Sequence record: DRR723986_2279
Strand: one strand, 5' to 3'
DNA length: 52,031 bases
The stretch's first letter is position 1. Each line of letters opens with the position of its first letter. A program made the translations under genes and the position numbers. This document shows positions 1 through 10,966 of the stretch, one piece after another. Below the pieces are notes generated by a model. It worked only from the letters and a program-made list of their open reading frames with translations. It was not told the DNA's origin and did not search any database.

Positions 1-265
1 TATCCAGAACAAGATCCACCCTGGCGATGCGGCAGACAAAGATCTGTACGACCTGCCTGCAGAAGAAGCGGCTGAAATCCCGACTGTTGCGTCTAGCCTC
101 GAGCAAGCGCTGCAAGCACTGGATGCAGACCGCGCCTTCTTGACCGCTGGCGGCGTATTCGACGACGACATGATCGATGCTTACATCGAGCTGAAGTCTG
201 AGGAAATCGAGCGCCTGAACATGACAACTCACCCCGTTGAGTTCGACATGTACTACAGCGTTTAA
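1..265 (+). CDS. glnA: Glutamine synthetase type I, 3' end (partial)
   Basis: Frame from nt 2 reads [19 protein letters not shown]...[13 protein letters not shown], the typical GSI C-terminus; lies upstream of ntrBC. Confidence 0.97.
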   Translation, partial: IQNKIHPGDAADKDLYDLPAEEAAEIPTVASSLEQALQALDADRAFLTAGGVFDDDMIDAYIELKSEEIERLNMTTHPVEFDMYYSV

Positions 266-278
266 TACGCCTTGTGCG

Positions 279-307
279 AAAAAGCCCGCTTCGGCGGGCT
301 TTTTTTT
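279..307 (+). terminator. Rho-independent terminator after glnA
   Basis: AAAAA-GCCCGC-TTCG-GCGGGC-T8. Confidence 0.92.
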
Positions 308-382
308 GCCTGTCATTTTTTAAACCTTGCCGCGCCTATCAACTCGTCGCAAACTACAGAAAAGTGATAGCGAGGGCTTTTT

Positions 383-883
383 ATGTATCGTCTGCTGAGC
401 CTTATTTGCGTAGCGAGCGTGCTCTGCAGCCCACTGCATGCAGAAATCTATCGTCATACCGACGAACAGGGCCGCACCGTTTACAGCGACTCTCCCCGCG
501 ACGGCGGCAGCCCGGTCGATCTACCCCCGGTAAACACCACGCCGGCTGTGTCGCCACCGCCACCGGCCAAGCTGGACCGACATGCCACCCCCGTACCGGC
601 CTCAGTCAAGGTACAAATCATCCAGCCGCGCGACGGCCAGGTATTCCCCAATGGCCGCATTCCCACCACTGTTAATGTAAAGCTTGAGCGCCCCCTGCGC
701 GGCGACGAGAGCCTGCGCATCGCCGTCAATGGCAAAACCCTTAGCCGGGGAAGCGCCACCTCTGCACGCATTGAGCGCCTGAGCCGCGGCCGGCACCAAA
801 TCAGCGCAGAAGTCCTCGGCCCCAACGGGGAAAAGCTGAGTCGAGACACTGTTTCAGTCGTGGCCCACTGGCCAAACAACTGA
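383..883 (+). CDS. DUF4124-family exported protein with Ig-like C-terminal domain
   Basis: Signal peptide, then AEIYRHTDEQGRTVYSDSP motif and Pro-rich linker; usual position between glnA and ntrB. Confidence 0.8.
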   Translation: MYRLLSLICVASVLCSPLHAEIYRHTDEQGRTVYSDSPRDGGSPVDLPPVNTTPAVSPPPPAKLDRHATPVPASVKVQIIQPRDGQVFPNGRIPTTVNVKLERPLRGDESLRIAVNGKTLSRGSATSARIERLSRGRHQISAEVLGPNGEKLSRDTVSVVAHWPNN

Positions 884-906
884 CCCTCCAGCCAAGCTAT
901 ACACAA

Positions 907-923
907 AGCACCAAATTGGTGCA
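907..923. promoter_or_regulatory. NtrC binding site
   Basis: AGCACCA-AAT-TGGTGCA matches TGCACCA-N3-TGGTGCA. Confidence 0.85.
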
Positions 924-1050
924 CACTAAGACAATAGCGGCGGTCGCGCGCGCCATCGCGGGGCCAGCCTCAGCGGCGCAGCACCGCGCCACGCCATATA
1001 CAACGCCCAATTAGCGCCCACTCAATAACAACGCCCCCATTCCGGGGCAC

Positions 1051-1066
1051 TGGCCTAATTATTGCT
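1051..1066 (+). promoter_or_regulatory. Putative sigma54 (-24/-12) promoter of ntrBC
   Basis: TGGCCTAATTATTGCT (GG-N10-GC), ~130 bp downstream of the NtrC site. Confidence 0.65.
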
Positions 1067-1101
1067 TTGCAATGAACCATAATGAAGACAGTGGCGAGCC
1101 C

Positions 1102-2175
1102 ATGCCCCCAGCGAATTTGCACCACCACATACTCGACAACCTGAAAACGGCGATCCTACTGGTCGAGCCCAACCTCACCGTGAGTTATATCAACCCGGCG
1201 GCAGAGTCGCTGCTGGCGGTGTCTGACCAGCGCATCCACGGCGAGGCCATCACCCACCTTTTTCACGAAGACGAAGACACCGTTGTGAAACTGCTGGACG
1301 CCATCAACAACCGCGAGGCATTCACTAAACGGGAAACAGTATTAACCCTGCGCTCCGGCGACGAAATCACGGTGGACTATGCAGTAACGCCGATCGTGGA
1401 ACACCCGCGAACGTCTCTTATCATCGAGCTGCAGCCACTGGATCGACTGCTTCGCATCAGTCGCGAAGAAGGCCTGCTATCTTCCCAGCAAAACAGCAAA
1501 GCGCTGCTGCGCGGCATTGCCCACGAAGTGAAAAATCCGCTCGGCGGCTTGCGCGGTGCGGCGCAACTTCTGGCACGCGAACTCGACGACCCCCGCCTGC
1601 ACGATTACACCAACATCATTATCGAAGAGGCCGACCGCCTGCGAAACCTGGTCGACAATATGCTGGGGCCCAATAAGATGCCCAACCAGCTGCCCACCAA
1701 TATCCATGAAGTGCTGGAGCGCGTGCGCCAGCTAGTGGAAGTTGAGGGAGGCGAGGAGTTAAGCATCGTCCGCGATTACGACCCCAGCATCCCCGACATC
1801 ATCGGCGATCGCGAGCAATTAATTCAGGCGGTGCTCAACATCGTCCGCAACGCGCTTCAGGCACTGAAACAATCCCCTCCTGAAGGCGGCGCACAAATTA
1901 CCCTGCGCAGCAGAACGCTGCGCCAATTTACCATTGGCTCTCACCGCCACCGACTGGTGTGCCGCGTGGACATTATCGATAACGGCCCGGGCATACCCGA
2001 AGACCTGGCACCGTCGATATTCCTGCCAATGATCAGCGGCCGCGCCGACGGCTCTGGGCTTGGACTGTCGATCTCACAGTCCATTCTCAACCATCACCAA
2101 GGCCTTATTGAATGCCACAGCGAACCCGGTCGCACGGAGTTTTCGCTGTTTATACCCGTGGAGCAAAACCGATGA
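1102..2175 (+). CDS. ntrB: Nitrogen regulation sensor kinase NtrB (GlnL)
   Basis: PAS domain, H-box AHEVKNPLGGLRGAAQLL, DNGPGIP, GSGLGL; ORF opens at 1072, but 1102 fits the sigma54 promoter. Confidence 0.95.
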   Translation: MPPANLHHHILDNLKTAILLVEPNLTVSYINPAAESLLAVSDQRIHGEAITHLFHEDEDTVVKLLDAINNREAFTKRETVLTLRSGDEITVDYAVTPIVEHPRTSLIIELQPLDRLLRISREEGLLSSQQNSKALLRGIAHEVKNPLGGLRGAAQLLARELDDPRLHDYTNIIIEEADRLRNLVDNMLGPNKMPNQLPTNIHEVLERVRQLVEVEGGEELSIVRDYDPSIPDIIGDREQLIQAVLNIVRNALQALKQSPPEGGAQITLRSRTLRQFTIGSHRHRLVCRVDIIDNGPGIPEDLAPSIFLPMISGRADGSGLGLSISQSILNHHQGLIECHSEPGRTEFSLFIPVEQNR

Positions 2176-3590
2176 GCTATAGCAACACCGTATGGATTGC
2201 CGACGACGACAAATCGATTCGCTGGGTACTCGAAAAAGCCCTCAACCAGGCCGGCATTGAAACCCGCAGTTTCGAAAATGGCGATGCCCTGCTTGCTCAG
2301 CTGGAGTCGGGGGTGCCCGACGCCGTTATCAGCGACATCCGCATGCCGGGTATCGATGGCTTAAAACTGCTGTCGCGCATCAGCGACATCCACCCCGGCT
2401 TGCCGGTGATTATTACCACTGCCCATTCAGATTTGGATAGCGCCGTTGCCTCCTATCAAGGTGGCGCCTTTGAATACCTGCCCAAACCCTTCGACGTCGA
2501 CGAGGTATTGGCAACAACCCAGCGCGCCCTGCAACACGCCAATAAAAACCGCCCGGTACTGCCCGAGGAAGTGCCGCTGGAGAGCACCGAAATTATCGGC
2601 GAAGCACCCGCGATGCAGGAGGTGTTTCGCGCCATTGGCCGCTTGTCCCAGTCCAATATCACGGTACTGATTAACGGCGAATCCGGTACCGGTAAAGAGC
2701 TTGTCGCCCAGGCCCTCCACCGCCACAGCCCGAGGGCCAGCAAACCTTTTATCGCGCTGAATATGGCTGCGATCCCCAAGGACCTGATGGAGTCGGAACT
2801 CTTTGGCCACGAAAAAGGAGCCTTCACCGGCGCCACTGCCCAGCGTCGCGGACGCTTTGAGCAGGCCGATGGCGGTACGCTTTTTCTGGACGAAATAGGC
2901 GATATGCCCGCCGAAACCCAAACCCGCCTGTTGCGGGTACTCGCCGACAGTGAGTTCTACCGCGTGGGGGGGCATACCCCGGTGAAAGTCGATGTTCGCA
3001 TTATCGCGGCCACCCACCAAAACCTTGAAAAGCTGGTGCAAGACAACAGCTTCCGCGAGGATTTATTTCATCGCCTAAACGTTATCCGCATCCACCTCCC
3101 CAAACTTGCCGAGCGCCGGGAAGACATCCCCAAGCTGATGCAGCACTTCTTTACCATTGCCGGCAATGAACTCAATGTCGAGCCCAAGCGCCTGCTGCCC
3201 GACACCGAGGAATACCTCAGCCAACTCGATTGGCCCGGCAACGTTCGGCAATTGGAGAACACCTGCCGCTGGCTAACGGTGATGGCATCGGGGCGGGAGA
3301 TTCACCTTAATGACCTGCCCCCCGAATTGCTGGAGCACAGCGACAGCGAAGCGGCGCCCGCGGCTAACTGGCAGGAGAATTTACGCCGCTGGGCCGACCA
3401 AGAATTACTACTGGGCAGGGATAAGCTGCTGGATCGCGCGGTACCGGAGTTTGAGCGAATCATGATCGAAACGGCGCTCAAGCACACCCACGGCCGACGT
3501 CGCGATGCCGCCAACTTACTCGGCTGGGGGCGCAACACCCTCACCCGCAAAATCAAAGAACTGGATATGGGTGGCGATGAGGACGAGTAG
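2172..3590 (+). CDS. ntrC: Nitrogen regulation response regulator NtrC (GlnG)
   Basis: Receiver domain, GESGTGKE, ESELFGHEKGAFTGA, HTH LGWGRNTLTRK; ATGA overlap with ntrB. Confidence 0.97.
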   Translation: MSYSNTVWIADDDKSIRWVLEKALNQAGIETRSFENGDALLAQLESGVPDAVISDIRMPGIDGLKLLSRISDIHPGLPVIITTAHSDLDSAVASYQGGAFEYLPKPFDVDEVLATTQRALQHANKNRPVLPEEVPLESTEIIGEAPAMQEVFRAIGRLSQSNITVLINGESGTGKELVAQALHRHSPRASKPFIALNMAAIPKDLMESELFGHEKGAFTGATAQRRGRFEQADGGTLFLDEIGDMPAETQTRLLRVLADSEFYRVGGHTPVKVDVRIIAATHQNLEKLVQDNSFREDLFHRLNVIRIHLPKLAERREDIPKLMQHFFTIAGNELNVEPKRLLPDTEEYLSQLDWPGNVRQLENTCRWLTVMASGREIHLNDLPPELLEHSDSEAAPAANWQENLRRWADQELLLGRDKLLDRAVPEFERIMIETALKHTHGRRRDAANLLGWGRNTLTRKIKELDMGGDEDE

Positions 3591-3610
3591 TCCTGGCTAG
3601 CGCAATACCG

Positions 3611-4078
3611 CTACCGAAGCGCGCCGGCAAACCCCTGCTGGCGCCATGCTTCATAGCTGACCAGAGCCACCGTATTTGACAGATTTAAGCTGCGCGCGCC
3701 CTCCATCATGGGCACCCGCAGGCAGTGATCGGGACCGAGTTCATCGCGAATCTCAGCGGGCAGGCCCGCTGTTTCAGAACCGAACAGCAACACATCGCCG
3801 GGCTGGAATGCCACATCGGCATAGTTGCGCTGCCCCTTGGTCGTCAACGCAAAAATGCGTTGCCCCGCCACCGCCTGGCAAAACGCGGCATAGTCGGCGT
3901 GGCGGCTAACCCGCGCCATGTCGCTGTAATCCAAGCCCGCACGCCGCAGTTTTTTCTCTTCCAAGTCAAAGCCCATGGGCTCGATCAAATGCAGATGGCA
4001 GCCGTTGTTCGCCACCAAGCGAATGATATTGCCGGTATTCGGCGCGATCTTGGGTTCGTGCAAAGCAATATGGAACAT
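3611..4078 (-). CDS. trmL: tRNA (cytidine/uridine-34-2'-O)-methyltransferase
   Basis: [33 protein letters not shown] motifs. Confidence 0.93.
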   Translation of the reverse strand: MFHIALHEPKIAPNTGNIIRLVANNGCHLHLIEPMGFDLEEKKLRRAGLDYSDMARVSRHADYAAFCQAVAGQRIFALTTKGQRNYADVAFQPGDVLLFGSETAGLPAEIRDELGPDHCLRVPMMEGARSLNLSNTVALVSYEAWRQQGFAGALR

Positions 4079-4168
4079 GGCGCATTCACCACAGCAGCAG
4101 GAAAGAAACAGGCCGAGACAGACATCCCGGCCTCGCCGCGCAGGGAGCGCGGCTGATATGCAGAGAGT

Positions 4169-4654
4169 TTAGTGAGTGGTCTCTTCAGCGGCAGCTTTTT
4201 CATCCGCCTGCGCTTTGGCCTGGCGGTAAAGCGCCTCAAAATTCACCGGCTGCAGTGCCAGCGCCGGGAAACCGCCTTTTACTGCCAGCGCATCAACAGA
4301 CTCACGCACGTAGGGGAATAGCATATTCGGACAGGCTATGCCCAGCAGCTGGCGCAGCGCCTCACCTTCAATGCCCTCTGCGACAAACAGGCCAGCCTGC
4401 TGCACTTCAACCAAAAACGCGGTCTCGTCTTCTTCCAGCTTGGCAGTCACTGTCACCGTCAGCGTCACTTCATAGCTGTTTTCACCCACGGGCTGGCTGC
4501 GCGTGTTGAGGTCCACGTGCATTTTCGGCTTCCAGCTTTTAGTGAACACCACAGGGCTGGACGGCGACTCAAAGGAAGCATCTTTTATGTAAATGCGCTG
4601 CAATGCGAACTTGGGCGTATTGTCTTGTGCTTGGGCGTTTTCTTGTTCAGCCAT
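4169..4654 (-). CDS. secB: Protein export chaperone SecB
   Basis: LQRIYIKDASFESP, CPNMLFPYVRE, PVNFEALY. Confidence 0.97.
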   Translation of the reverse strand: MAEQENAQAQDNTPKFALQRIYIKDASFESPSSPVVFTKSWKPKMHVDLNTRSQPVGENSYEVTLTVTVTAKLEEDETAFLVEVQQAGLFVAEGIEGEALRQLLGIACPNMLFPYVRESVDALAVKGGFPALALQPVNFEALYRQAKAQADEKAAAEETTH

Positions 4655-4692
4655 TGTCGGGTCTCGACTCCTGATAGGTAAATTTTCGTTAT

Positions 4693-4950
4693 TTAACTGG
4701 CTGCCAACAGGCGATCCAGCTTGCCGCCACGCTCCAGCGCAAACAGCTCGTCACAACCGCCAACATGGGTTTCACCCACCCATATCTGCGGCACTGTGCG
4801 CTGCCCCGTACGGGACAACAATTCTTGGCGCAGGTCGCTGCGGCCGTCTACCGGCACTTCGTCGTAGGCAACCTGTTTGTGCTCAAGCAAGTGCTTGGCG
4901 CGCACACAGAAAGGGCAAAAGCGAGTGGTATAAATAGTGACCTTCGCCAT
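4693..4950 (-). CDS. grxC: Glutaredoxin 3
   Basis: CPFC, TVPQIW, HVGGCDEL; adjacent to secB. Confidence 0.95.
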   Translation of the reverse strand: MAKVTIYTTRFCPFCVRAKHLLEHKQVAYDEVPVDGRSDLRQELLSRTGQRTVPQIWVGETHVGGCDELFALERGGKLDRLLAAS

Positions 4951-4956
4951 AAGCCC

Positions 4957-5373
4957 TTAGCCTTTCACCAGCGGCATCTGCAGTGCCTGCCATTCGCTAA
5001 CACCACCTTTTAAACGGTGCACATTGCTGTAGCCCAGCGCCGCCAGCTTTTTACCCGCCGCACTGGAGTGCTGACCCAATTTACAGATCAACACCAAGGG
5101 CTGCTCCTTGTCACCCGCGACGCGGTCAATCTCCTTGTCCAACTTGGCAAAGGGCAGGCTCACCGCATCTAAAATGTGGCCCTTGTTGTACTCTGCCTTG
5201 TCGCGCAGGTCGATCATCAAGGCCTTCTCTTGATTGACGAGGTTCACCACCTGCTGTGGCGTCAACGCGCGACCTGCTCGGCGTGACTCGTGAAAGCTCA
5301 ATAGCATAAGGCACGACAGCAGAGCAGCTACCAGCAGCCACTGTTCAGCGATAAATAAAATCAGTTTTTCCAT
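4957..5373 (-). CDS. Rhodanese-like membrane-anchored protein (YibN-like)
   Basis: N-terminal TM helix, IDLR..EY..GHI, LKGG..W...MPLVK; conserved context. Confidence 0.88.
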   Translation of the reverse strand: MEKLILFIAEQWLLVAALLSCLMLLSFHESRRAGRALTPQQVVNLVNQEKALMIDLRDKAEYNKGHILDAVSLPFAKLDKEIDRVAGDKEQPLVLICKLGQHSSAAGKKLAALGYSNVHRLKGGVSEWQALQMPLVKG

Positions 5374-5584
5374 GAATTCTCTCGAATCACTCGTGTGAAC
5401 ATCGTCAAAAAAGCCGTAGGCCGGCGCGCGAAAAGGCCAGAGTATACACCGCTAAACGGGAATTCTCACCACGCCAAGCGTGGCCGCCTCCCAAAGGAAA
5501 AGTTACAATGCCTTATTTCGTTTTCACCGCGCTACACGCGAGCGGCGATGAGACCTCAACGACTTAAGAATGGATTTTCTACGC

Positions 5585-7138
5585 ATGGCTGACCCACAGG
5601 TAAAACAACCCGTCGTTCTGATTATTCTGGATGGCTTCGGCTACCGGGAAGCACCGCAGGACAACGCCATTTACCACGCCAATACGCCCAATTGGGACGC
5701 ACTGTGGAAAAACCAGCCGCACACCCTGATCTCAGGCTCAGGGCTGGATGTTGGTTTGCCAGACGGCCAAATGGGCAATTCGGAAGTCGGCCACATGAGC
5801 CTGGGGGCGGGCCGCATCATCTACCAAAATATTACCCGCATTGACAAAGAAATTGCCGATGGCAGTTTCTTCGACAACGACGTTTACAAAGCCAATATCG
5901 ACAAAGCGGTCGCCGCTGATAAAGCCGTGCACATTTTCGGCCTGCTATCCCCGGGCGGCGTCCACAGCCACGAAAACCATATACTGGCAATGATCGATAT
6001 GGCCGCTCAACGCGGCGCCAAAAAGGTGTATGTACACGCCTTTCTAGACGGCCGCGACACACCGCCACGCAGCGCCCAGGCCTCGCTGGAAAAAGTCGAC
6101 GCCAAATTTGCCGAACTCGGCTGTGGCAGGATGGCGTCAATGATCGGCCGCTACTACGCCATGGATCGCGACAACCGCTGGGACCGCGTTGAAAAAGCCT
6201 ATCGCCTGCTGACCGAAGCAGAGGCCGAGCACCGCTACAGCGCTAGCCAAGACGCCCTGAGCGCCGCCTATGCTCGCGACGAAAACGATGAATTTGTCGC
6301 CGCCAGCGTTATTCAAGCCGAGGGCCAGGACAGCGCCGCCATTGCCGATGGCGATACCGTCATCTTTATGAACTTCCGTGCCGACCGCGCTCGTGAAATT
6401 ACTCGCGCGTTTGTGGAAAACGATTTCGATGGCTTTGAGCGCCGTGTTCGCCCGGCGCTTGCCGGCTTTGTTATGACTACCGAATACGCCGACAGCATCG
6501 ACGCGCCCGTGGCCTACCCGCCGGAGAATATCCAAAACAGCCTCGGTGAACTGCTGGAGAAACACGGCAAGACACAGCTGCGGATCGCCGAAACGGAAAA
6601 ATATGCCCACGTTACGTTCTTCTTCAGTGGCGGCCGCGAAGCACTCTATCAGGGTGAAGAGCGCAAGCTGATCAACTCCCCCGACGTTGCCACCTACGAC
6701 TTAAAGCCGGAAATGAGCGCCCCGGAAGTCACTGAAGAGCTGGTCGCGGCCATACGCAGCGGCAGCTACGATGCGATTATCTGCAACTATGCCAACGGCG
6801 ATATGGTGGGCCATACCGGCGTTTTCGACGCCGCCGTAAAAGCCGTGGAAGCACTGGACGACTGCATTAAACAGGTTACCGATGCCGTTCGTGAGGTCGG
6901 TGGCCACTGCCTGATTACCGCGGACCACGGCAACTGTGAGCAAATGCTCGACTACGACGCCGACCAACCGCACACTCAGCACACCACCGAGTTGGTGCCG
7001 CTGGTGTACGTGGGCGACGACACCGTAACCCTGACAGCCGAAGGCGGGCGCCTCGCTGATATCGCACCGACGATGGTCGCGCTGCTGGGCATTGCTCAGC
7101 CGGAAGAAATGACCGGCAAGAACCTGATCAGCCACTGA
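5585..7138 (+). CDS. gpmI: 2,3-bisphosphoglycerate-independent phosphoglycerate mutase
   Basis: [37 protein letters not shown]; alternative start 5570. Confidence 0.97.
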   Translation: MADPQVKQPVVLIILDGFGYREAPQDNAIYHANTPNWDALWKNQPHTLISGSGLDVGLPDGQMGNSEVGHMSLGAGRIIYQNITRIDKEIADGSFFDNDVYKANIDKAVAADKAVHIFGLLSPGGVHSHENHILAMIDMAAQRGAKKVYVHAFLDGRDTPPRSAQASLEKVDAKFAELGCGRMASMIGRYYAMDRDNRWDRVEKAYRLLTEAEAEHRYSASQDALSAAYARDENDEFVAASVIQAEGQDSAAIADGDTVIFMNFRADRAREITRAFVENDFDGFERRVRPALAGFVMTTEYADSIDAPVAYPPENIQNSLGELLEKHGKTQLRIAETEKYAHVTFFFSGGREALYQGEERKLINSPDVATYDLKPEMSAPEVTEELVAAIRSGSYDAIICNYANGDMVGHTGVFDAAVKAVEALDDCIKQVTDAVREVGGHCLITADHGNCEQMLDYDADQPHTQHTTELVPLVYVGDDTVTLTAEGGRLADIAPTMVALLGIAQPEEMTGKNLISH

Positions 7139-7142
7139 GGAA

Positions 7143-8303
7143 TTGCGAATTAGCAGCAAGCTGGCACATCTAGGGATGCCGTTCATCGTCCTGCTGTTCG
7201 CTGGCCTGCTGGCCAGTGCCAGCCTTGCTGAGGATGAAGCCGCCACCCGCCAACAGCTGAAAGACCTCAGCCAGCAGCTTCATTCGCTGAAAAAACAGCT
7301 TGGCAGTACCCAGAAAGAACGCAGTCGTGCCGCGCGGGAGCTTCGCGAGGTTGAGGTCGAGATCGGCAAAATCGCGGCTAAACTGCACAGCACTCGCGCA
7401 GAGCGCGACCGCCGCCAGAGCAAATTGACCGCCCTTCAGGGCGAACAACAAACCCTGCGCCAGCGCCAAAGCCAGCAAAAAGCACTGATTGCAGAGCAAA
7501 TTCGCAGTGCGTACACCTTGGGGCAAGAGCGGCAGATCAAAATGCTGCTCAATCAGGAAGACCCTCAATCGCTCAGTCGGCTGATCACCTACTACGACTA
7601 TTTCAATGCCGCCCGCAGCCAACAACTCGACAGCTATCGCGAAACACTCACTGCCCTCAACGCGCTGATCCCCGAAATCAGCGCGCAAACCGAGGCACTT
7701 AGCGCCACAGAACGCCAGCTGGCCCAGCAGCGCCAGCAACTGGAAGTTCAGCAGCAACGCCGCCAGCGCAGTGTCGCGAAACTCGACCAGGAGCTGAAAC
7801 AGCAACAGAGCAGCATTGGCTCGCTGGACAAGCAACGCAAGAGCCTGGAGAGCATCCTCTCGGCAATTGAGCGCGAAATTACCGATATCGCCATTCCATC
7901 GAGCTACCGCCCCTTCAAACAAATGCGCGGTGCCATGCCCTGGCCTGTTGCCGGTAAGCGGCTGAATCGTTACGGCGCGCCGCGCCAAGGCAGCGCGGTA
8001 CGGTGGCAGGGAGTGCAAATTGCCGGTGAAGAGGGCAGCCCGGTGCGCACCATCCACAATGGCCGCGTTGTCTACGCCGACTGGCTGCGTGGGGCCGGCC
8101 TACTGATTATTGTCGACCACGGCAATGATTATATGAGCCTCTATGCTCACAACCAGAGTCTGCTCCGCCAGGAAGGCGACTGGGTGCGCGGTGGCGAGGC
8201 GATTGCCACACTGGGCAACAGTGGCGGTCAGCGGCGCAGCGGACTGTATTTTGAGATTCGCCACAAGGGCCGCCCTACTGACCCCGCCCGCTGGTGCCGC
8301 TGA
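7143..8303 (+). CDS. envC: Murein hydrolase activator EnvC (coiled coil + degenerate M23 domain)
   Basis: Signal peptide, long coiled coil, IIVDHG..YMSLYAHN, LYFEIR; gpmI-envC-ctpA synteny. Confidence 0.9.
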   Translation: MRISSKLAHLGMPFIVLLFAGLLASASLAEDEAATRQQLKDLSQQLHSLKKQLGSTQKERSRAARELREVEVEIGKIAAKLHSTRAERDRRQSKLTALQGEQQTLRQRQSQQKALIAEQIRSAYTLGQERQIKMLLNQEDPQSLSRLITYYDYFNAARSQQLDSYRETLTALNALIPEISAQTEALSATERQLAQQRQQLEVQQQRRQRSVAKLDQELKQQQSSIGSLDKQRKSLESILSAIEREITDIAIPSSYRPFKQMRGAMPWPVAGKRLNRYGAPRQGSAVRWQGVQIAGEEGSPVRTIHNGRVVYADWLRGAGLLIIVDHGNDYMSLYAHNQSLLRQEGDWVRGGEAIATLGNSGGQRRSGLYFEIRHKGRPTDPARWCR

Positions 8304-8422
8304 ACGCGGCAGCCCACATTTAGAGGTAGCGACAAATCCCGACAAAGCTGGCTACAATGGGTGCTTTGTTTCTGTCGGCGGGCGCAGGACGCCCCGCCGC
8401 ATGTTGTATCGGGAAGCTGATA

Positions 8423-9760
8423 ATGCTGCGTCATCTTAGTCGAGCCGCCGTGCTCAACCTTGCTCTGCTCTCTCCCTTTTGCCTGGCCGAGGCACCCGCC
8501 TCGCCACACAGCGCGCAAGGCGAGCTGCCCCTTCAGGCGCTGCGAAACTTTGCCGACGTTTTCAACCAAATTCGCCGTAGCTATGTCGAAGAGGTGGACG
8601 ACGAAACGCTATTGGAAAACGCCATTCGCGGTATGCTCAGCGGCCTGGACCCGCACTCCGACTACCTGGACTCCGACTCCTTCGACAACCTTCAAACCCA
8701 CACCACCGGCGAGTTCGGCGGCCTGGGTATCGAAGTGGGCATGGAAAATGGCTTTGTCAAAGTTGTTAGCCCCATCGATAACACGCCAGCACAACGGGCG
8801 GGTATTCAGCCCGGCGATCTGATTATCCAGATCGACCAACAGCCCATCAAAGGCCTTAGCCTGCAAGAGGCCATCGAGCTGATGCGCGGCCCCAAGGGCA
8901 GCCCCATCACCCTCACTATTTTGCGCGAAGGGGTAAAAGCGCCGATAGAACTGGAACTGAAGCGCGACATTATCACCGTCGCCAGTGTGCGCGGCCGCAT
9001 GCTCCAGCCCGGCTATGGCTATCTGCGTATTTCGCAGTTCCAAAGCCGCACCGGCGAAGACCTGCGCAGCGAATTGGCAAAACTTAAGGCCAACCGCAGT
9101 GGCTTGCGCGGAGTGGTACTGGACCTTCGCAACAACCCCGGCGGCCTGCTGCAGGCTTCCGTACAGGTGGTCGACACCTTTTTAAACGACGGGCTTATTG
9201 TCTACACCGAGGGGCGCCTACCCAACGCCTTTAGTCGCTATATGGCCAGCGACACCAATAACGCCGACGACACCCCTCTGGTGGTGTTGATAAACGGCGG
9301 CTCGGCCTCCGCATCAGAAATTGTTGCCGGCGCACTGCAAGACCACCGCCGCGCTATTATTCTGGGCACCCAGAGCTTTGGTAAAGGCTCGGTCCAAACC
9401 GTGCTGCCACTGGCTGAGGACAGCGCCATAAAACTAACCACCGCCCGCTACTACACCCCCAGCGGCCGTTCGATACAAGCGCAGGGCATCGTGCCGGACA
9501 TTATTGTCGAGCGTGCTCGCATTGAATCTCTGGGCGCAGAAAAAATGGTTACCGAAGCTGACCTGGCTGGGCACCTGGGCAACGAAAGCGGAAAAGAAAA
9601 CAACGGCAGCAACCGCATTGTCGACAGTGCTGCCAACGAACTTGCTGCCACCGATAACCAGCTTTACGAGGCACTCAACCTGCTAAAAGGCCTGCATATT
9701 ATGTCGGCCAATAGTCAGCGTTTGGCCAAGCAAAAACTGGAGGCGCCAAACGCTCAGTGA
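8423..9760 (+). CDS. ctpA: S41 carboxy-terminal processing protease
   Basis: LDPHS, GEFGGLGIEV PDZ, LDLRNNPGG, SASASEIVAGALQD, SFGKGSVQ; ORF opens at 8357. Confidence 0.92.
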   Translation: MLRHLSRAAVLNLALLSPFCLAEAPASPHSAQGELPLQALRNFADVFNQIRRSYVEEVDDETLLENAIRGMLSGLDPHSDYLDSDSFDNLQTHTTGEFGGLGIEVGMENGFVKVVSPIDNTPAQRAGIQPGDLIIQIDQQPIKGLSLQEAIELMRGPKGSPITLTILREGVKAPIELELKRDIITVASVRGRMLQPGYGYLRISQFQSRTGEDLRSELAKLKANRSGLRGVVLDLRNNPGGLLQASVQVVDTFLNDGLIVYTEGRLPNAFSRYMASDTNNADDTPLVVLINGGSASASEIVAGALQDHRRAIILGTQSFGKGSVQTVLPLAEDSAIKLTTARYYTPSGRSIQAQGIVPDIIVERARIESLGAEKMVTEADLAGHLGNESGKENNGSNRIVDSAANELAATDNQLYEALNLLKGLHIMSANSQRLAKQKLEAPNAQ

Positions 9761-10470
9761 GCGCTTTCCGCTTCAACACGCAGGGACTCGGCCAGGGCCT
9801 TAATCACGCCCTGGCCAAGAGGCAGCAGAAAAATATCGCCATCGCTGACGCCGTCCACCGACACTCCTAGTACATAGCGCTCACTCACGATGTACTCACG
9901 CAGCGCATTGTAGTTAACAGAGGTGTGCCAGAAGCGCTCTCCCTGACCATTCACCCCCTCGACTTCCAGCGACAGCTTTGGCGACACCCTCACCACCAGC
10001 CCTTCCACAATCCCGATGCCGGCACGGGTAATATCGCTGGAGGGATAGGACAAATAGCCGCGCAAATTCATATAGGCTCTGCCGGCGTCCACAGGGTACT
10101 CAAAGCGGATGGCCGACAGCTCATTGTGATCACCGTACACCATTACCATTTCCGACTCCCCAGCCTGCACCACGGGCACACCTGACACCTCGCGCACGCC
10201 GTCAACAATCAGGCGTTCAAAGCGGCGCAACTGCGCATCCAGCTGAGCACTGGCGGCCGGGTCGAGAGCGCGCTCCACAGCTTGAAAAACGCGCTGCCAA
10301 GAGTTGATGCGCCGCTGATCCTTGCCCTCTGGCTCCGTCAATGCGCTGAGCGATTCAAAGTCTACCGTCAGGCTACGTATCTGCACGTCACCCTGATAGT
10401 TGTGGGTCAAAGGCTGATTGGCACAGGCGGCCAGCAGCACTATAGAAATAGCGAGTATCGCTCGCAGCAT
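9754..10470 (-). CDS. Hypothetical lipoprotein
   Basis: MLRAILAISIVLLAAC lipobox, GAGGA RBS upstream; no family recognised. Confidence 0.7.
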   Translation of the reverse strand: MLRAILAISIVLLAACANQPLTHNYQGDVQIRSLTVDFESLSALTEPEGKDQRRINSWQRVFQAVERALDPAASAQLDAQLRRFERLIVDGVREVSGVPVVQAGESEMVMVYGDHNELSAIRFEYPVDAGRAYMNLRGYLSYPSSDITRAGIGIVEGLVVRVSPKLSLEVEGVNGQGERFWHTSVNYNALREYIVSERYVLGVSVDGVSDGDIFLLPLGQGVIKALAESLRVEAESAH

Positions 10471-10660
10471 GATGGATTCCTCAAAGCTCGCACCCGCCGG
10501 ATGGCGCGTACATTGCCGCAGATAATAGCGCAATACTCGAAGTTGGGAAGTAGCCGCAGCGCCGCGAGTCGCAAACTAACAGCAGCGCTCTCCCAGCACG
10601 GGCGCATTTGCCCGCGCGGATGCGTTATGCTGCGATTTTCCTTCTCGGATATTTAGGATA

Positions 10661-10906
10661 ATGATTCGCTGCGAGCTGCACGATTACATAGAAATTGCCT
10701 GCACCTTTCGCTACCCCGTGCGCTTAACCATGCGAACCGGAGAGGTACTAGACGGTGTGGCGGTAGACACCAGGCGCGACGCACAGGGCGAGGAGTGTAT
10801 CGCCATCCGCGTGGATGGCGCTGAATGCTTGGTGGTACTGGATAAACTGGCGAGCATGAAAGCGGGCGTACAGAACCCGCATTTCGACACAGTTTCCTTT
10901 GACTAA
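10661..10906 (+). CDS. rof: Rho-binding antiterminator Rof (YaeO)
   Basis: I.CELHDYIEIAC...LTMRTGE...LDKL pattern; AGGA RBS. Confidence 0.82.
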   Translation: MIRCELHDYIEIACTFRYPVRLTMRTGEVLDGVAVDTRRDAQGEECIAIRVDGAECLVVLDKLASMKAGVQNPHFDTVSFD

Positions 10907-10966
10907 GCGGCGCTCATTGCACCCGGCAAGGCCGTGAAACAAAGGCCTGGGGGCCTTGGCAATGCC

